From: Spirochaetia bacterium
GTDB lineage: Bacteria; Spirochaetota; Spirochaetia; SZUA-6; Bin103
NCBI GenBank assembly: GCA_965203905.1
Contig: CBDBDQ010000005.1
Coordinates: forward strand, 800,001-864,000
Length of the DNA: 64,000 bases
Direction of reading: 5' to 3'
In this document: in pieces, positions 46,168-56,599 of the stretch
Layout: each line of letters begins with the position of its first letter
Numbering within the stretch: position 1 is the stretch's first letter
The notes under the pieces: model-generated
The model's input: the letters and a program-made list of their open reading frames with translations, nothing else
The model's database searches: none
What the model was told of the DNA's origin: nothing
Made by a program: the position numbers and the translations under genes

Positions 46168-47227
46168 CCCCGTGGTCACCGTTGCCGTACAGCACGCAGC
46201 GCACCTGGCGGCCGCGGGCGGTAACGAGCGCGGGCTGCCGCACCTCGCACCTGTCGTGCTGGGCCTGCTCGCAGCGCGGCTCGAAGTAACAGCCCGCCGG
46301 TCTCGTATACGGGTCCGGCACGGCGCCGGCAATTGCCTTCAAGCGCTGTCGGGAGCGCTCGCCGATGCGCGGGATCGACTCCAGCAGGGCCCGAGTATAG
46401 GGATGCAGCGGGTCGTCGTACACGTCGACGAAGCGCCCTTCCTCCACCACCTTGCCCAGGTACATGACGATCACGCGATCGCACAGGTGGGCGATCACTC
46501 CCAGATCGTGGCTGATCATGATCATCGACATTCCGTATTGCCGCTGCAGTTTCCTCAGCAGCTCCAGGATCTGCGCCTGGATGGTGACATCGACCGCCGT
46601 GGTCGGCTCATCGGCGATCAGCAGCCGGGGGTTGCAGGCCAGCGCCATGGCGATCATGGCGCGCTGCCGCATCCCGCCGCTGAGCTGGAAGGTGTAGGAG
46701 TCGATGCGTTTCTCGGGACTCGGAATGCCGACATCACGCAGCAGCGTCACGGCCCTGGCGCGCGCATCCTGCGGTGTCCACGAGCGGTGGTGCAGAAGCA
46801 TCCCCTCGGTAATCTGGTAGCCAATGGTGTAGAGCGGACTGAGCGCCTCCATCGGCTCCTGGAATATCATGGAGATCTGCTTGCCGCGGACGTCCCGGAC
46901 TTCCCTGCCGAATGGACTCAATGCGGCAAGATCGACCACTCCGTCGTCAGGGGTGTGCAGCAGGATCTTCCCCGACACGATGCGTCCCGGCCACGGTACG
47001 ACGTTCAGAATCGACAGTGCCGTCACCGACTTGCCGCAGCCGCTCTCGCCCACGATGCCGAGCGTTTCGCCGCGCTCGAGGCGAAAGCTGACCGAGTCGA
47101 CGGCGCGCACCGTGCCCTCCTCCAGCTCGAAGTACGTGACAAGGTCGTCGACCTCCAGCAACGGCCGGTGCTGCGACGGTTTCGGGGCGCTAATGGTAGG
47201 GGTCGGCTGCATCGCGCATTCCATCAC
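46160..47227 (-). CDS. ABC transporter ATP-binding protein, DppD family
   Basis: [22 protein letters not shown]; start uncertain (47227 or 47212). Confidence 0.92.
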   Translation of the reverse strand: MMECAMQPTPTISAPKPSQHRPLLEVDDLVTYFELEEGTVRAVDSVSFRLERGETLGIVGESGCGKSVTALSILNVVPWPGRIVSGKILLHTPDDGVVDLAALSPFGREVRDVRGKQISMIFQEPMEALSPLYTIGYQITEGMLLHHRSWTPQDARARAVTLLRDVGIPSPEKRIDSYTFQLSGGMRQRAMIAMALACNPRLLIADEPTTAVDVTIQAQILELLRKLQRQYGMSMIMISHDLGVIAHLCDRVIVMYLGKVVEEGRFVDVYDDPLHPYTRALLESIPRIGERSRQRLKAIAGAVPDPYTRPAGCYFEPRCEQAQHDRCEVRQPALVTARGRQVRCVLYGNGDHGDG

Positions 47228-48335
47228 CGAGAAAGTTGAACGCCAGCACCGCCACGATCACGAACAGCGCAGGAATCAGCAGCCAGGAGGTTCTGACTAC
47301 GCTCTGCACGTTCTGGGCGCGTTGCAGCAGGACGCCCCAGCTCACGGCAGGGGCGCGCAACCCGACACCGAGGAAGCTCAGCGAGGTCTCGCCGAGAATC
47401 ATCGCCGGCACGCTCAGCGTGGCCGAGGCGATGACGTGGCTCATGAACGAGGGCAGCATGTGCTTGAACAGGATTCGCGGCACGCGCGCTCCGGCCTGCT
47501 GCGCGGCAATCACGAAGTACTCGGTGCGCAGCGACAGGAACTTGCCCCGCACCACGCGCGCCATCCCGGTCCATCCGATCAGCGACAGGATGATGGTAAT
47601 GAAGAAGTAGACCCGCAGGATCGGCCAGTCGATCGGCAGGGAGGCACTCAACGCCATCCACAACGGCAGCGTCGGAAACGAGCGCAGAATCTCTATGAAA
47701 CGCTGAATGAGGTTGTCCGTAATTCCTCCGTACCAGCCGGAGATCCCGCCCAGCACGATGCCGATCACGAAGCTCATGACGACACCGATCAAGCCGATGG
47801 AGAGCGAAATGCGCGAGGCGAAGATGGTGCGCGACAGCATGTCCCGCCCCTGCCGGTCGCTGCCGAACAGGAAGAATGCGGCCTCCTGGTCGGCGATTCC
47901 AAACAGGTGCAGGTCGGACTCGATCAAGCCCCACAATCGATACCGGTCGCCGCGCTGCAACAGGCGTAGCGGATGGATCTCGTCGGTGTTGAGCTGGTAG
48001 TTCCGGCTGAAGGTCTCCCGGTCGACCTGGAGCGTGATTCCGTAAACGAAAGGGCGCAGGTGCAAGCGCCCCTGAGCGTCCACGAGGCGCAGCGCCTGAG
48101 GGGGAGCCAGCGGGTACTCGGACTTGCGCGAGGTCGGCAATGCGGGGGCGAAGAACTCGGCGAACAGTGCGGTGACGTAGAACGCCAGCAGCACCCAGAG
48201 CGATACCACGGCGAGCCGGTGGCGTTTCAGCTTGCCCCATACCAGGCGCCATTGTGGGATCTGATAGCGAGCCTCCTCCGAGCCGGTGTCGTTCTCGCCG
48301 CGCCCGACGGAGTCGGACCGGTTCAGGCTGCTCAT
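47190..48335 (-). CDS. ABC transporter permease, DppC family
   Basis: [27 protein letters not shown]. Confidence 0.92.
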   Translation of the reverse strand: MSSLNRSDSVGRGENDTGSEEARYQIPQWRLVWGKLKRHRLAVVSLWVLLAFYVTALFAEFFAPALPTSRKSEYPLAPPQALRLVDAQGRLHLRPFVYGITLQVDRETFSRNYQLNTDEIHPLRLLQRGDRYRLWGLIESDLHLFGIADQEAAFFLFGSDRQGRDMLSRTIFASRISLSIGLIGVVMSFVIGIVLGGISGWYGGITDNLIQRFIEILRSFPTLPLWMALSASLPIDWPILRVYFFITIILSLIGWTGMARVVRGKFLSLRTEYFVIAAQQAGARVPRILFKHMLPSFMSHVIASATLSVPAMILGETSLSFLGVGLRAPAVSWGVLLQRAQNVQSVVRTSWLLIPALFVIVAVLAFNFLGDGMRDAADPYH

Positions 48336-48351
48336 CGTCGTGGCACCTCCA

Positions 48352-49332
48352 TCAGTCGAAACGGATGCGCGGGTCGATCACCGCCAGCAGGATATCCGAT
48401 ACCAGAGTCCCGATCACGGTAAGGGCTGCCAGAATCATCACGAACGAGCCTGCCAGAAACATGTCCTGGACCCGTAGCGCCTGCAGGAACAACGGACCGG
48501 CGGTGGGTAATCCCAGCACTACCGCGGTGATGGTCGCGCCGGAGATCAGGTACGGCAGCAGCCAGCCGACGGTCGAGATGAGCGGATTGATGGCCGCCCG
48601 CACCGGATACTTCATCAGCAGGCTCACCTCGCTCAGTCCCTTGACCCGCGCGGTGATGACGTAGGTCTTGCGCAGCTCGTCGAGCAGATTGGCGCGCATG
48701 ATGCGGATGGTGGCCGCGGTGCCGGCGGTGCCGACGACGATCATCGGCACCCACAGGTGCTTCAGCAGATCCAGCACCTTGCCGAAGCTCCACGGCGCCA
48801 GCAGGTACTGCTGCGAGAACAGCCCGCCGAGCCCGGTTCCGAAGACCTGGTACGAGAAATACATGAGAATGAGGGCGAGCATGAAATTGGGCACGGCCAG
48901 GCCGATGAAGCCGAAAAAGGTGAACAGGTAATCTCCCACCGAGTACTGGCGCACGGCGGAATACACGCCGATAGGCACCGCCAAACCCCACGCAAACAGC
49001 AGCGAGGAGAGACTGACCACCATGGTCAGCATGAGCCGCTCGGCGATCAGGTTCTTGACCGGCTGCCGCAACGAGAGCGAGTACCCGAAGTCGCCCTGGA
49101 CGAAACGGAAGATCCACTTGAAGTAACGCGTATACCACGGCCGGTCGAGCCCGTAGCGGGCCCGCAACCCGTCGACGATCTCCTGCGATACGCCGCCCAT
49201 CTCCTCCTGCGTCTGGATGTAGTGGGTGAGGAAGTCCCCCGGCGGCAACTCGATGATGATGAAGGAGATCAGCGAGATGATGGCGAGCGTGGGCACCATG
49301 ACGAGCAGGCGGCGGATGACGAACTTCAGCAC
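48352..49332 (-). CDS. ABC transporter permease, DppB family
   Basis: MLKFVIRR, YVITARVKG, IDPRIRFD. Confidence 0.92.
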   Translation of the reverse strand: MLKFVIRRLLVMVPTLAIISLISFIIIELPPGDFLTHYIQTQEEMGGVSQEIVDGLRARYGLDRPWYTRYFKWIFRFVQGDFGYSLSLRQPVKNLIAERLMLTMVVSLSSLLFAWGLAVPIGVYSAVRQYSVGDYLFTFFGFIGLAVPNFMLALILMYFSYQVFGTGLGGLFSQQYLLAPWSFGKVLDLLKHLWVPMIVVGTAGTAATIRIMRANLLDELRKTYVITARVKGLSEVSLLMKYPVRAAINPLISTVGWLLPYLISGATITAVVLGLPTAGPLFLQALRVQDMFLAGSFVMILAALTVIGTLVSDILLAVIDPRIRFD

Positions 49333-49350
49333 CGCGCCGACCTCATGCCG

Positions 49351-50469
49351 CTACGAGTAGAACCAGTCGATCGGGTAGATCTTGAGCCGCAACTCGCTGA
49401 CGATACCGGTTACTCCGGACTTGACGTTGGCGTAGTAGCCGATCAGTGCCTCGTCACCCACGAAGGTGACCGACGGGTAGCCATTGTCGAAGCCCGGCCG
49501 GTCCTCCACGTTGCTGATCTGTTCCCAGGTGGCTCCGTCGTCGCGGGAGATGGCACAGGTAAGCGGGTTGCGCGGCTGGTGGGTGCTGGTCGCGCCCGGC
49601 ACCGTGTGGCAGTAGGGTTTGGCGTTGTTCCAGATGAGCAGCAGATCGCCGGTCTTCGGAATGCGTTTCATGCAGGAAGCGACCGCCGGCGAGTCCAGGC
49701 CGGTGGACTCGGCCTCCGACCAGGTCTCGCCCCGATCCTCCGAAGTGGCCTGGTAGAGCTGGCCCAGCGAGGTCCTGAGAATTGCCAGCAGCGAGCCGTC
49801 GGCGCGTTCGATGACGGCCGGTTCCTCCGCTCCCCGGGCCGGCAGGTCGACCCGCTTCGCGCTTTCCTGCCAGGTGCGGCCGTTGTCGTCCGAGTAGAGG
49901 CAGAACGCCTGCCAGTGATCCCCCTTGCCATAGATCGGACCGGCGTGGCTGGGCAGCAGGATCCGCCCCGAAGAGTGGCACAGGATGTGGTCGGCGTTGG
50001 TGAAGTAGACCCCGGCGCCGGTCGATATCCGCACCGGTGCGCTCCAGCTCTCGCACTCGTCATCCGAATACCTGAGGTAGATCCTGAGGTCATTGTTGCG
50101 CATGTCGCGCGCCGTGTACGAAAACAGGATGCGGCCCGAGGGAAGCCGCAGCAGGTTGGGATGCTTGACGTTGTCTACGTCGGTATTCTCCTGCAGCGTC
50201 AGCTTGGCGCTCCAACTGCGCCCGTTGTCCGTCGATATCCGTGCGGATATCTGGCAGGGCGCATCATCTTCGCTGCGTTCTCCCGAGTACGGGGTGGCGA
50301 AGGCCTGACTCGGGCGGCGCAGGTAGTACTCGCACCACACCAGCATCAGGCGGCCATCGCTGAGCGGAAACACCAGTTGGTGGTCATGGCGCGGGTGCGC
50401 CGGCGTCCACGGAGCAACCGTCGCGGCGAACGCCTCGGCAGTCTGGGTCGGATCCACGGCGGCGGCCAT
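49351..50469 (-). CDS. Sialidase/BNR-repeat family protein
   Basis: Five Asp-boxes (STDNGRSW, SDDECESW, SDDNGRTW, SEDRGETW, SRDDGATW); RNPL and GYPS. Confidence 0.82.
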   Translation of the reverse strand: MAAAVDPTQTAEAFAATVAPWTPAHPRHDHQLVFPLSDGRLMLVWCEYYLRRPSQAFATPYSGERSEDDAPCQISARISTDNGRSWSAKLTLQENTDVDNVKHPNLLRLPSGRILFSYTARDMRNNDLRIYLRYSDDECESWSAPVRISTGAGVYFTNADHILCHSSGRILLPSHAGPIYGKGDHWQAFCLYSDDNGRTWQESAKRVDLPARGAEEPAVIERADGSLLAILRTSLGQLYQATSEDRGETWSEAESTGLDSPAVASCMKRIPKTGDLLLIWNNAKPYCHTVPGATSTHQPRNPLTCAISRDDGATWEQISNVEDRPGFDNGYPSVTFVGDEALIGYYANVKSGVTGIVSELRLKIYPIDWFYS

Positions 50470-50679
50470 CAACGTGCGCGCAACGGCGTGGTGAGGTTGC
50501 GATGACGCAGCGCTTGGCTTGAAGTCATGTATCCCTCCCGGTTGAACAGAGCCGGCCCCCGGCTTACCGCAGGCCGGTCTGACTTATGGATCGATGGAGA
50601 CTCATGATAGCACGCTGCCGCGCGGAGGTCTTCGGTAACCGGCTCGCTATCTCGCTCGGCTCGCGCCGCTCGCTCCCGT

Positions 50680-52398
50680 TCACGTTCCTCGATACGGGGA
50701 GTACGGCAGCATGCTGTGGCCGCCGAGCATGCGCAAGGCGAGCAGCCGCGGTTCAATCTCGCCGGCCTGTGCGGCGCCGTCCGCATCGCGCTCCACGCGA
50801 TTCCTGAGCTCTTCGACGTGGCCCAGCCGCCGTACGGTCTCCCATTGCGAGGTCGCGTCGTGGCGCTGGTAGGTATCCCAGAACAGCAGGCCGTCGGCAC
50901 CCGCTTCGTAGTACGCCATCGCTCGTTCACGATACTCACGGGGAGACATGTGCCGCGGCATGACGTTCATGTAGAGCTTGCACGCTGAGTCTCGCGTGAG
51001 TCCCGCGTAGTGCTCGACGTCGATCTCGCAGAACGAATGATCCGCAAGACACGGATAGGCGATCAACGCGTCGACGCAGCCGGCTCGGATCCAGGCCGCG
51101 GGGTCGAGCCCGAAGCGGCGGTTCTCCGCCGCGGTGGCGAACGTGATGGCGGACAGTTGCAGACGCTTTCCGAGCCTGGTGCCCACCGTGTCGAGCGTCT
51201 GCCGCAACTCGCCCATGAACACGGCCATGAATTGTGCCCACACCTGGAGCAGTCGCGGGTCGCCGGCTTCCACACCGCTCAGGTCGGTCCCGTGCAGCTC
51301 CCGGAAGCGGCGCACCACCGGCTCCTCGTACAACACGTAGGGCGCGGAACGCGGATAGATGACGGCCGCCCCGTCGGCGCCCAGTGACACCGCCTCCTCG
51401 AACATCCCCGTCAGGTAGGCGCGAACCTCGGGGAACGCGTAGCTCAATCCCGTAATCTCGGTGCCGTCACGATCGCGCAGCCGGTACTGCGAATGCTCGG
51501 CGTAGAAGTCGGTGGAGAATACCTCCTCGAACGGCGGCGCACACTGAAACATCTCGGTGCGTTGACTGACGTGGAACTCGAGTCCCATGCCGTGGGCATG
51601 GTCCATGGCGGTCTGCAACGGGTTGATACCCTTGGCTACCAGCGTGCGGATGCTGTCTCGCAGCTGGAGGTCCCCGGTTCGCGGAAAATCCTCGACACCG
51701 TCGCCATACAGCTTGCCGGCGGCGCGCCAGCCGCCGAACATGCCCGCTACGACCTCCCAGAAGAGCTTCCCGAAGTCGCTGTCGCGGTACGGCTCGACGT
51801 GCTCCCGGATGCCTTCACGGCTGGTAATGCGACCGCGGAAGAAGATGCCGAAGGCATCGTTGGTGGCGATCAGCCGCCTGGTATCGGTCCTCCGCCTGTC
51901 CGCTTCGAGATCCACGACCTCGCTCTGAGTGAGTGGCACCAGCCGTACGTAGGCCAGGGAGCAGTCGCCGCGAAAGCCTTCGCTCTGCGGGCTCACGACC
52001 AGGGTGCGTTCCGAGAGGTCCGCGTACTTCCAGAACGCCTCCTCGAGCGTGTCGCGGCCGGGCTGCTCGCGTCGCATCATGATGGAGCACGGATCGCCGT
52101 CGAGACGCACGCGTATGGCGCCGACGTTGTCTGCTCCTTCGGTGCTCTTGGCATAGAGGGTATCGGTTCGGCCGGCGGCCCACATGCCGACGAATATCGC
52201 GTGCCAACCCTCCAGCTTCAGGTCAAGCCGGACCTCGGGCGGGTCGGTCATCGGGCCGGCGCTCAGCATGGTGCCTGCGAAGTGCTCGGTTTCGTATGGG
52301 ATGAGCTGCCAGTGACGCCGGCGGCGGCGACTGGAGAGGGCCGTAGCCGGCTGACACCCGCTCAGGTCGCTCAGGATGATTTCTCGGGGAGAGCTCAT
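50680..52398 (-). CDS. Hypothetical protein, probable glycoside-hydrolase-like TIM barrel (GHL10-like)
   Basis: AHGMGLEFHVSQR, LSYAFPEVRAY, YEAGADGLLFWD. Confidence 0.6.
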   Translation of the reverse strand: MSSPREIILSDLSGCQPATALSSRRRRRHWQLIPYETEHFAGTMLSAGPMTDPPEVRLDLKLEGWHAIFVGMWAAGRTDTLYAKSTEGADNVGAIRVRLDGDPCSIMMRREQPGRDTLEEAFWKYADLSERTLVVSPQSEGFRGDCSLAYVRLVPLTQSEVVDLEADRRRTDTRRLIATNDAFGIFFRGRITSREGIREHVEPYRDSDFGKLFWEVVAGMFGGWRAAGKLYGDGVEDFPRTGDLQLRDSIRTLVAKGINPLQTAMDHAHGMGLEFHVSQRTEMFQCAPPFEEVFSTDFYAEHSQYRLRDRDGTEITGLSYAFPEVRAYLTGMFEEAVSLGADGAAVIYPRSAPYVLYEEPVVRRFRELHGTDLSGVEAGDPRLLQVWAQFMAVFMGELRQTLDTVGTRLGKRLQLSAITFATAAENRRFGLDPAAWIRAGCVDALIAYPCLADHSFCEIDVEHYAGLTRDSACKLYMNVMPRHMSPREYRERAMAYYEAGADGLLFWDTYQRHDATSQWETVRRLGHVEELRNRVERDADGAAQAGEIEPRLLALRMLGGHSMLPYSPYRGT

Positions 52399-52555
52399 GG
52401 TTCGCCTCCACACATTGTTGTTCGAGTCGTTCCGCGCATCTTATACGCACTCGCGAATTCGGCGCACCTCCTGGCCGGCTGGCGCCAATCCGGCGGCTGT
52501 TCGTCACGGCGCCGCGCGCTTGATCGATGGGCGACCTCGCCCGTAGCGTAGCGGC

Positions 52556-53421
52556 ATGTTCACCCCGGTTCGGGTTGCGGCCAGTTCGTTCAGGCCCAGG
52601 AAGTTCGACACCGCCGCCAACGCCGAGCGGCTGGAGGCGCTGTTCCGCCGCGCCGCGGCTGCCGGCGCCCAGCTCGCCGTGGCGCCCGAGGGCGCCCTGG
52701 ACGGGTACGTGGTGATGCCGATCATCGACGGCGCCGAGCCGGCCGAGCGCATGCACGAGGCGGCGGTCTCCATCCGCGGGCCGGAGGTGGCCCGGTTTCG
52801 GGATCTGGCCCGAGAGCTCGGCATGTGCCTGGCGTTCGGTCTGGCCGAGCGCAGTGGCGGCGACGTCTACAACTGCGCGCTGTTCCTCGACGCGGACGGC
52901 CGCATCCGCGGCAGGTACGCAAGATGCAGTTCGCCGAGGGCTACCACGAGTCGTGGTGGTTCAACCGTCTCGGGGCCCGCTCGCGGGCGTTCGCCACGCC
53001 GTTCGGAAGGTGCGGCGTGCTGATCTGCAACGACCGCTGGAACCCCGAAATCGCACGCATCCCGGTGCTCGACGGCGCCCGCTATCTGCTGATCCCCTCC
53101 TACGGGTCGCGCGCCCGCGAACAGGACCGCGCCGTGCTGGCCAGGGCGCGGGAGAACGGCGTCCCCATCGTGGAGGCCAACGTGGGGGTTACCCTGATCG
53201 TCAGCAAGGGCGAAGTCGTGGCGTGCGAGCGGCGCGTCGACGCGGTGACGGTGGCCACCATCGAGATCCCGGCGGCGCCGTCGACCGCCAACCGAGACCG
53301 CCAGGAGGGGCAGTTCCTGCGCTGGCGCGCCGAGGAGATGGCGCAGCGCTACGAGCGGGGGGAAGCGGCACGGCGCAGGCGGCGAGGATCCGGCGCCCCA
53401 TCCGTTACGGCGGCCGGCTGA
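52556..53421 (+). pseudogene. Carbon-nitrogen hydrolase (nitrilase family), frameshifted at about 52919
   Basis: APEG in first frame, K (Y.KMQ) and ICNDRW in second; one base missing in tacgcaagatg (may be a sequencing error). Confidence 0.82.
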
Positions 53422-53457
53422 CCGGCTTTCGCGGCCCCGCGCTTCTCCGCCGGCGGG

Positions 53458-53533
53458 TCAGTTGGTAACTCGTTCCCGGTCGCGTGCCGCCTGCAGGAAC
53501 TGCTGAACCTCTACCGGCTGGCCGCTGCGGCTG
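53458..53533 (-). repeat. Diverged copy of the 3' end of the oxidoreductase at 55290-56375
   Basis: SRSGQPVEVQQFLQAARDRERVTN* versus SRTGQPVKVQEFLQTARDRERVAT*. Confidence 0.9.
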
Positions 53534-53638
53534 CCGGGCACCATCCGGTCGAGCCGCTATCGCACAGATCGCGAGAGGTACGTACGCCGTGAACGCACCG
53601 GCAGGAGTCGCTCTTGTTACTACGGGCTCAGCCATCCG

Positions 53639-53860
53639 CTACCGGTTCTCTCCGGCATCGACCTCAATCGCGATCCCCGATCGGGCATCGGAAGTAACTA
53701 CCGGGCGTGCAGGAAAGCGGACGTACTCTCGCCCGGACTCTTCCTGCATCGCCCGGATGTCCCGGAAGATCGCCGCCACGTCGTAATCGAAGCGGGCGGC
53801 ATGCGCGTCGCGCGCCGCCCGCACTTCCGAAATGATCGGGTCAATCGGTTGTCTTCGCAT
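53639..53860 (-). CDS. Small putative antitoxin downstream of PIN toxin
   Basis: DPIISEVRAARDAHAARFDYDVAAIFRDIR; overlaps the PIN gene end. Confidence 0.72.
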   Translation of the reverse strand: MRRQPIDPIISEVRAARDAHAARFDYDVAAIFRDIRAMQEESGREYVRFPARPVVTSDARSGIAIEVDAGENR

Positions 53861-54335
53861 CGTTCGCCTCCATGAGTTCGTTCGGCGTGCAGATAACCGG
53901 CGGCTCGTAACCCGCCTGCCGGCATACCTGCTCGATCCGAACGCGCATCGTAGCATTGGCTATGTGCCGGAAGTTCCACGTCACCAGAAAATCGACCCCG
54001 TTGGTGACAGCGATGGCGATATGCGCCGCATCGTCCGCGGCCTGCCGTGGAACCGCACCAAGATCGACAAGCGCTTGCGTAAGACCCTCGGCATCCGAGG
54101 TCGCATCGACAAGCGCGACCGCTCCGAGCGCTTCGAGCCGGATGCGCGCGGCTTCGGGGTCGCCCGATTTGGCTTCCGCGATGACGAGGGCCGACGAAAC
54201 GAGATCGAACCTGTCCGGGGCGTCGCGCCACCACTCCCGGGTGATTTCCTGATACGCCGCGATGACCACATCCCGCGACGGTCGCGCTGTCAGATAGCTC
54301 ACTACCGATGTCTCAATGTACGCTGTGGGGCGCAT
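53841..54335 (-). CDS. PIN-domain (VapC-like) toxin
   Basis: YIETSVVSYL, DAAHIAIA, DFLVTWNFRHIAN, ICTPNEL. Confidence 0.88.
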   Translation of the reverse strand: MRPTAYIETSVVSYLTARPSRDVVIAAYQEITREWWRDAPDRFDLVSSALVIAEAKSGDPEAARIRLEALGAVALVDATSDAEGLTQALVDLGAVPRQAADDAAHIAIAVTNGVDFLVTWNFRHIANATMRVRIEQVCRQAGYEPPVICTPNELMEANDAKTTD

Positions 54336-55175
54336 CGGGCTGATCTGATCCATTCTCAGGGCCTCCTGCCCTTCCCCTACAGTGTGGCGGGTGTCACCAG
54401 CGCCATCAACATTGGACCAATGGGGTGGCCTGGGCGAGGCCGCTGGCGGCGAGGCGGCAGTAGGGCAGCTCGCCTCGGCGGCGGTCGCACCACGGGCAGG
54501 AGATGCACCGTCACCTCACCATGCACCTGAATCCTAAGACTTCCGGGATTCCGAGAACCATCCACAGCGGGCCGCCGCAGTCATGCGATCGTCACGTTGC
54601 CGGGCCGGAACGCATCCGCCTGCGCCGAGGTGCAGGCCACGGGCGTAATGCTTGACTGCTATGACCATGGAGCGCAAGCACCGGTGTGGGCGAGGGATGG
54701 GCAGCCTGGAGTGTGCGCTTGGGCGTGCCCCGGACGCCACGCGATGGTAGTGACTCATTTTGAAAACTGAATCAGTGGCCGCACCTTACGCGTGGCACGC
54801 CACCACCCTACCCGCGCGCACGTGGGCTCCACAGCGGGGCCGGCGCGGTGTCCGTGTCCAACCATGCTCCGCAGCGTGCGCGGAAGTCCCGGACGGCCAA
54901 TCCGCCACGCCCGAAGTAGATCGTCTGCAATTCGTCGCCGTCGATCTGGAAGAACAGCCGGTTCGCCGAACGTGTCCAACTCCTCCAGCGTCTCCGTCGC
55001 CGGGCCGTCCGGATCCGCTATCTCGCTGACTTGACTTAGGGAGGGGAACGGATGAGTACCAGTATGGAGCACCTTCGGCGCGTCGATTCGCTGCTGGTAA
55101 TCGTCGACCATCCTCGCACGACTGGCCGCGCACCACGAAGTGAAGTTGGCAATCGTGCGTGACATCTTCCACGTC

Positions 55176-55289
55176 CATGTGCCGGGCGTTTGGTCTCGCC
55201 GAGCGCAGCGGCAGCGACGTCTACAACTGCGCCCTGTACCTCGACGCGGACGCGCCATGAGCGGGGAGAAGCGGCGCGGCGCCGACGGA
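55176..55289 (+). repeat. Collapsed, diverged copy of nitrilase gene segments
   Basis: 55176-55252 resembles 52822-52898; 55259-55289 resembles 53353-53390. Confidence 0.85.
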
Positions 55290-56375
55290 TCAGGTGGCCA
55301 CTCGTTCCCGGTCGCGCGCCGTCTGCAGGAACTCCTGCACCTTTACCGGCTGCCCGGTGCGGCTGCTCTCGATGGCGGAGAAGATCAGCGCCACCGACTG
55401 CAGGTTGGCCTCGATGTTGGTCGCCATCGGCGGCCCGCCGTCCAGCCAGTCGAGGAACTGGTCCAGCAGCCAGGTGTCGACCCAGTACTTCTGCTCCAGC
55501 AGCGGCACCCCCCTGCCCTGGCCCTCGCGGCTGTACTGCTTCGGCTGGTATGGGAAGCGCTCGATGTGGCGGTGGTCCATCACCAGCGTCTCGTGCTCGC
55601 ACTCGGCGCGGATGTACTCCCGCGACCAGCCGTTGAAGCCGCAGGCGTTGGTCTTGGCGCCCTCGTAGATGGCGCGTGTGCCGTTCTCGAAGGTCATCAT
55701 CACGTGGCCCTGCGAGCCGCTGCCGTACTCGCCCCAGGACGGATTCCAGGTCTGTGCGTAGATGGTGTCGCACTTCGACCCCGCCATGTCGGCGATGATG
55801 TCCAGGTGATGTACCGCTCCCTCGATCATCAGCGCCTCCTGCATGGTGTGGCGGAAGTGGGCGCCCCAGTCGCCGAAGTTGCGCAGGCCGCAGGTGAAGC
55901 GGCACACCAGGTAGTCGATCCGGCCGGGCCGGCCCGAGCGCAGCTCGTGGCGCAGGGTGGTCTTGTCCTGGTCGAAGCGGTGACTCATGGTCACGCCCAT
56001 CTTCTTTCCGGCGCGCTGCACCTTGTCCGCGATCCGCACCGACGCCTCCAGGGTGTCGGCGATCGGTTTTTCCGAGATGACGTGCATGTCGTGGGCCAGT
56101 GCCGTGTCCACCACCGACTCGTGGAACGCCGGCGGCACCACCACGGTGCAGATGTCGGCGGCGTTCTCGTCGCATGCCTGCTGCAGGTCGGTGTAGCACT
56201 TCTCCGGCGGCAGCCCGAGATGGGTCTGCGCGTTGTGGTGCACGTCGGGGTCGACGTCGACGGCGGCCACCACTTCCAGGCGGCCGCCGGCCACGTGCGG
56301 CGGCAGGAACCGGGATACCCAGGGGACACCGCGTCCGCCGGTGCCCACCTGAATCAGGCGATACGTGTTTGGCAT
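55290..56375 (-). CDS. Gfo/Idh/MocA family oxidoreductase
   Basis: QVGTGGRG, ISEKPIA, EGAVHHLD. Confidence 0.9.
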   Translation of the reverse strand: MPNTYRLIQVGTGGRGVPWVSRFLPPHVAGGRLEVVAAVDVDPDVHHNAQTHLGLPPEKCYTDLQQACDENAADICTVVVPPAFHESVVDTALAHDMHVISEKPIADTLEASVRIADKVQRAGKKMGVTMSHRFDQDKTTLRHELRSGRPGRIDYLVCRFTCGLRNFGDWGAHFRHTMQEALMIEGAVHHLDIIADMAGSKCDTIYAQTWNPSWGEYGSGSQGHVMMTFENGTRAIYEGAKTNACGFNGWSREYIRAECEHETLVMDHRHIERFPYQPKQYSREGQGRGVPLLEQKYWVDTWLLDQFLDWLDGGPPMATNIEANLQSVALIFSAIESSRTGQPVKVQEFLQTARDRERVAT

Positions 56376-56386
56376 TTCGAGGACCG

Positions 56387-56415
56387 ACGCTAAGCGCCGC
56401 CGGTGCCCGTGTCAA
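56387..56415 (-). promoter_or_regulatory. Sigma70-like promoter, very short leader
   Basis: TTGACA-N17-TAGCGT, 11 nt before ATG. Confidence 0.55.
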
Positions 56416-56599
56416 TCGGCGCGGGCGATCCAGCGGGTGATCGAGATCGATACCGTGATCCGGCGGCGTTCACGGGGTGTCGCTCCCCATGAAGCCGTGA
56501 GCCTTGCGATTGTTCGAGTCCGGGTGCAGTCCGTATACTCGTTAAACGATGTCATCTCGACACGATGCGCCGTTTCAGAGGGCCGAACGTGAGGATACA

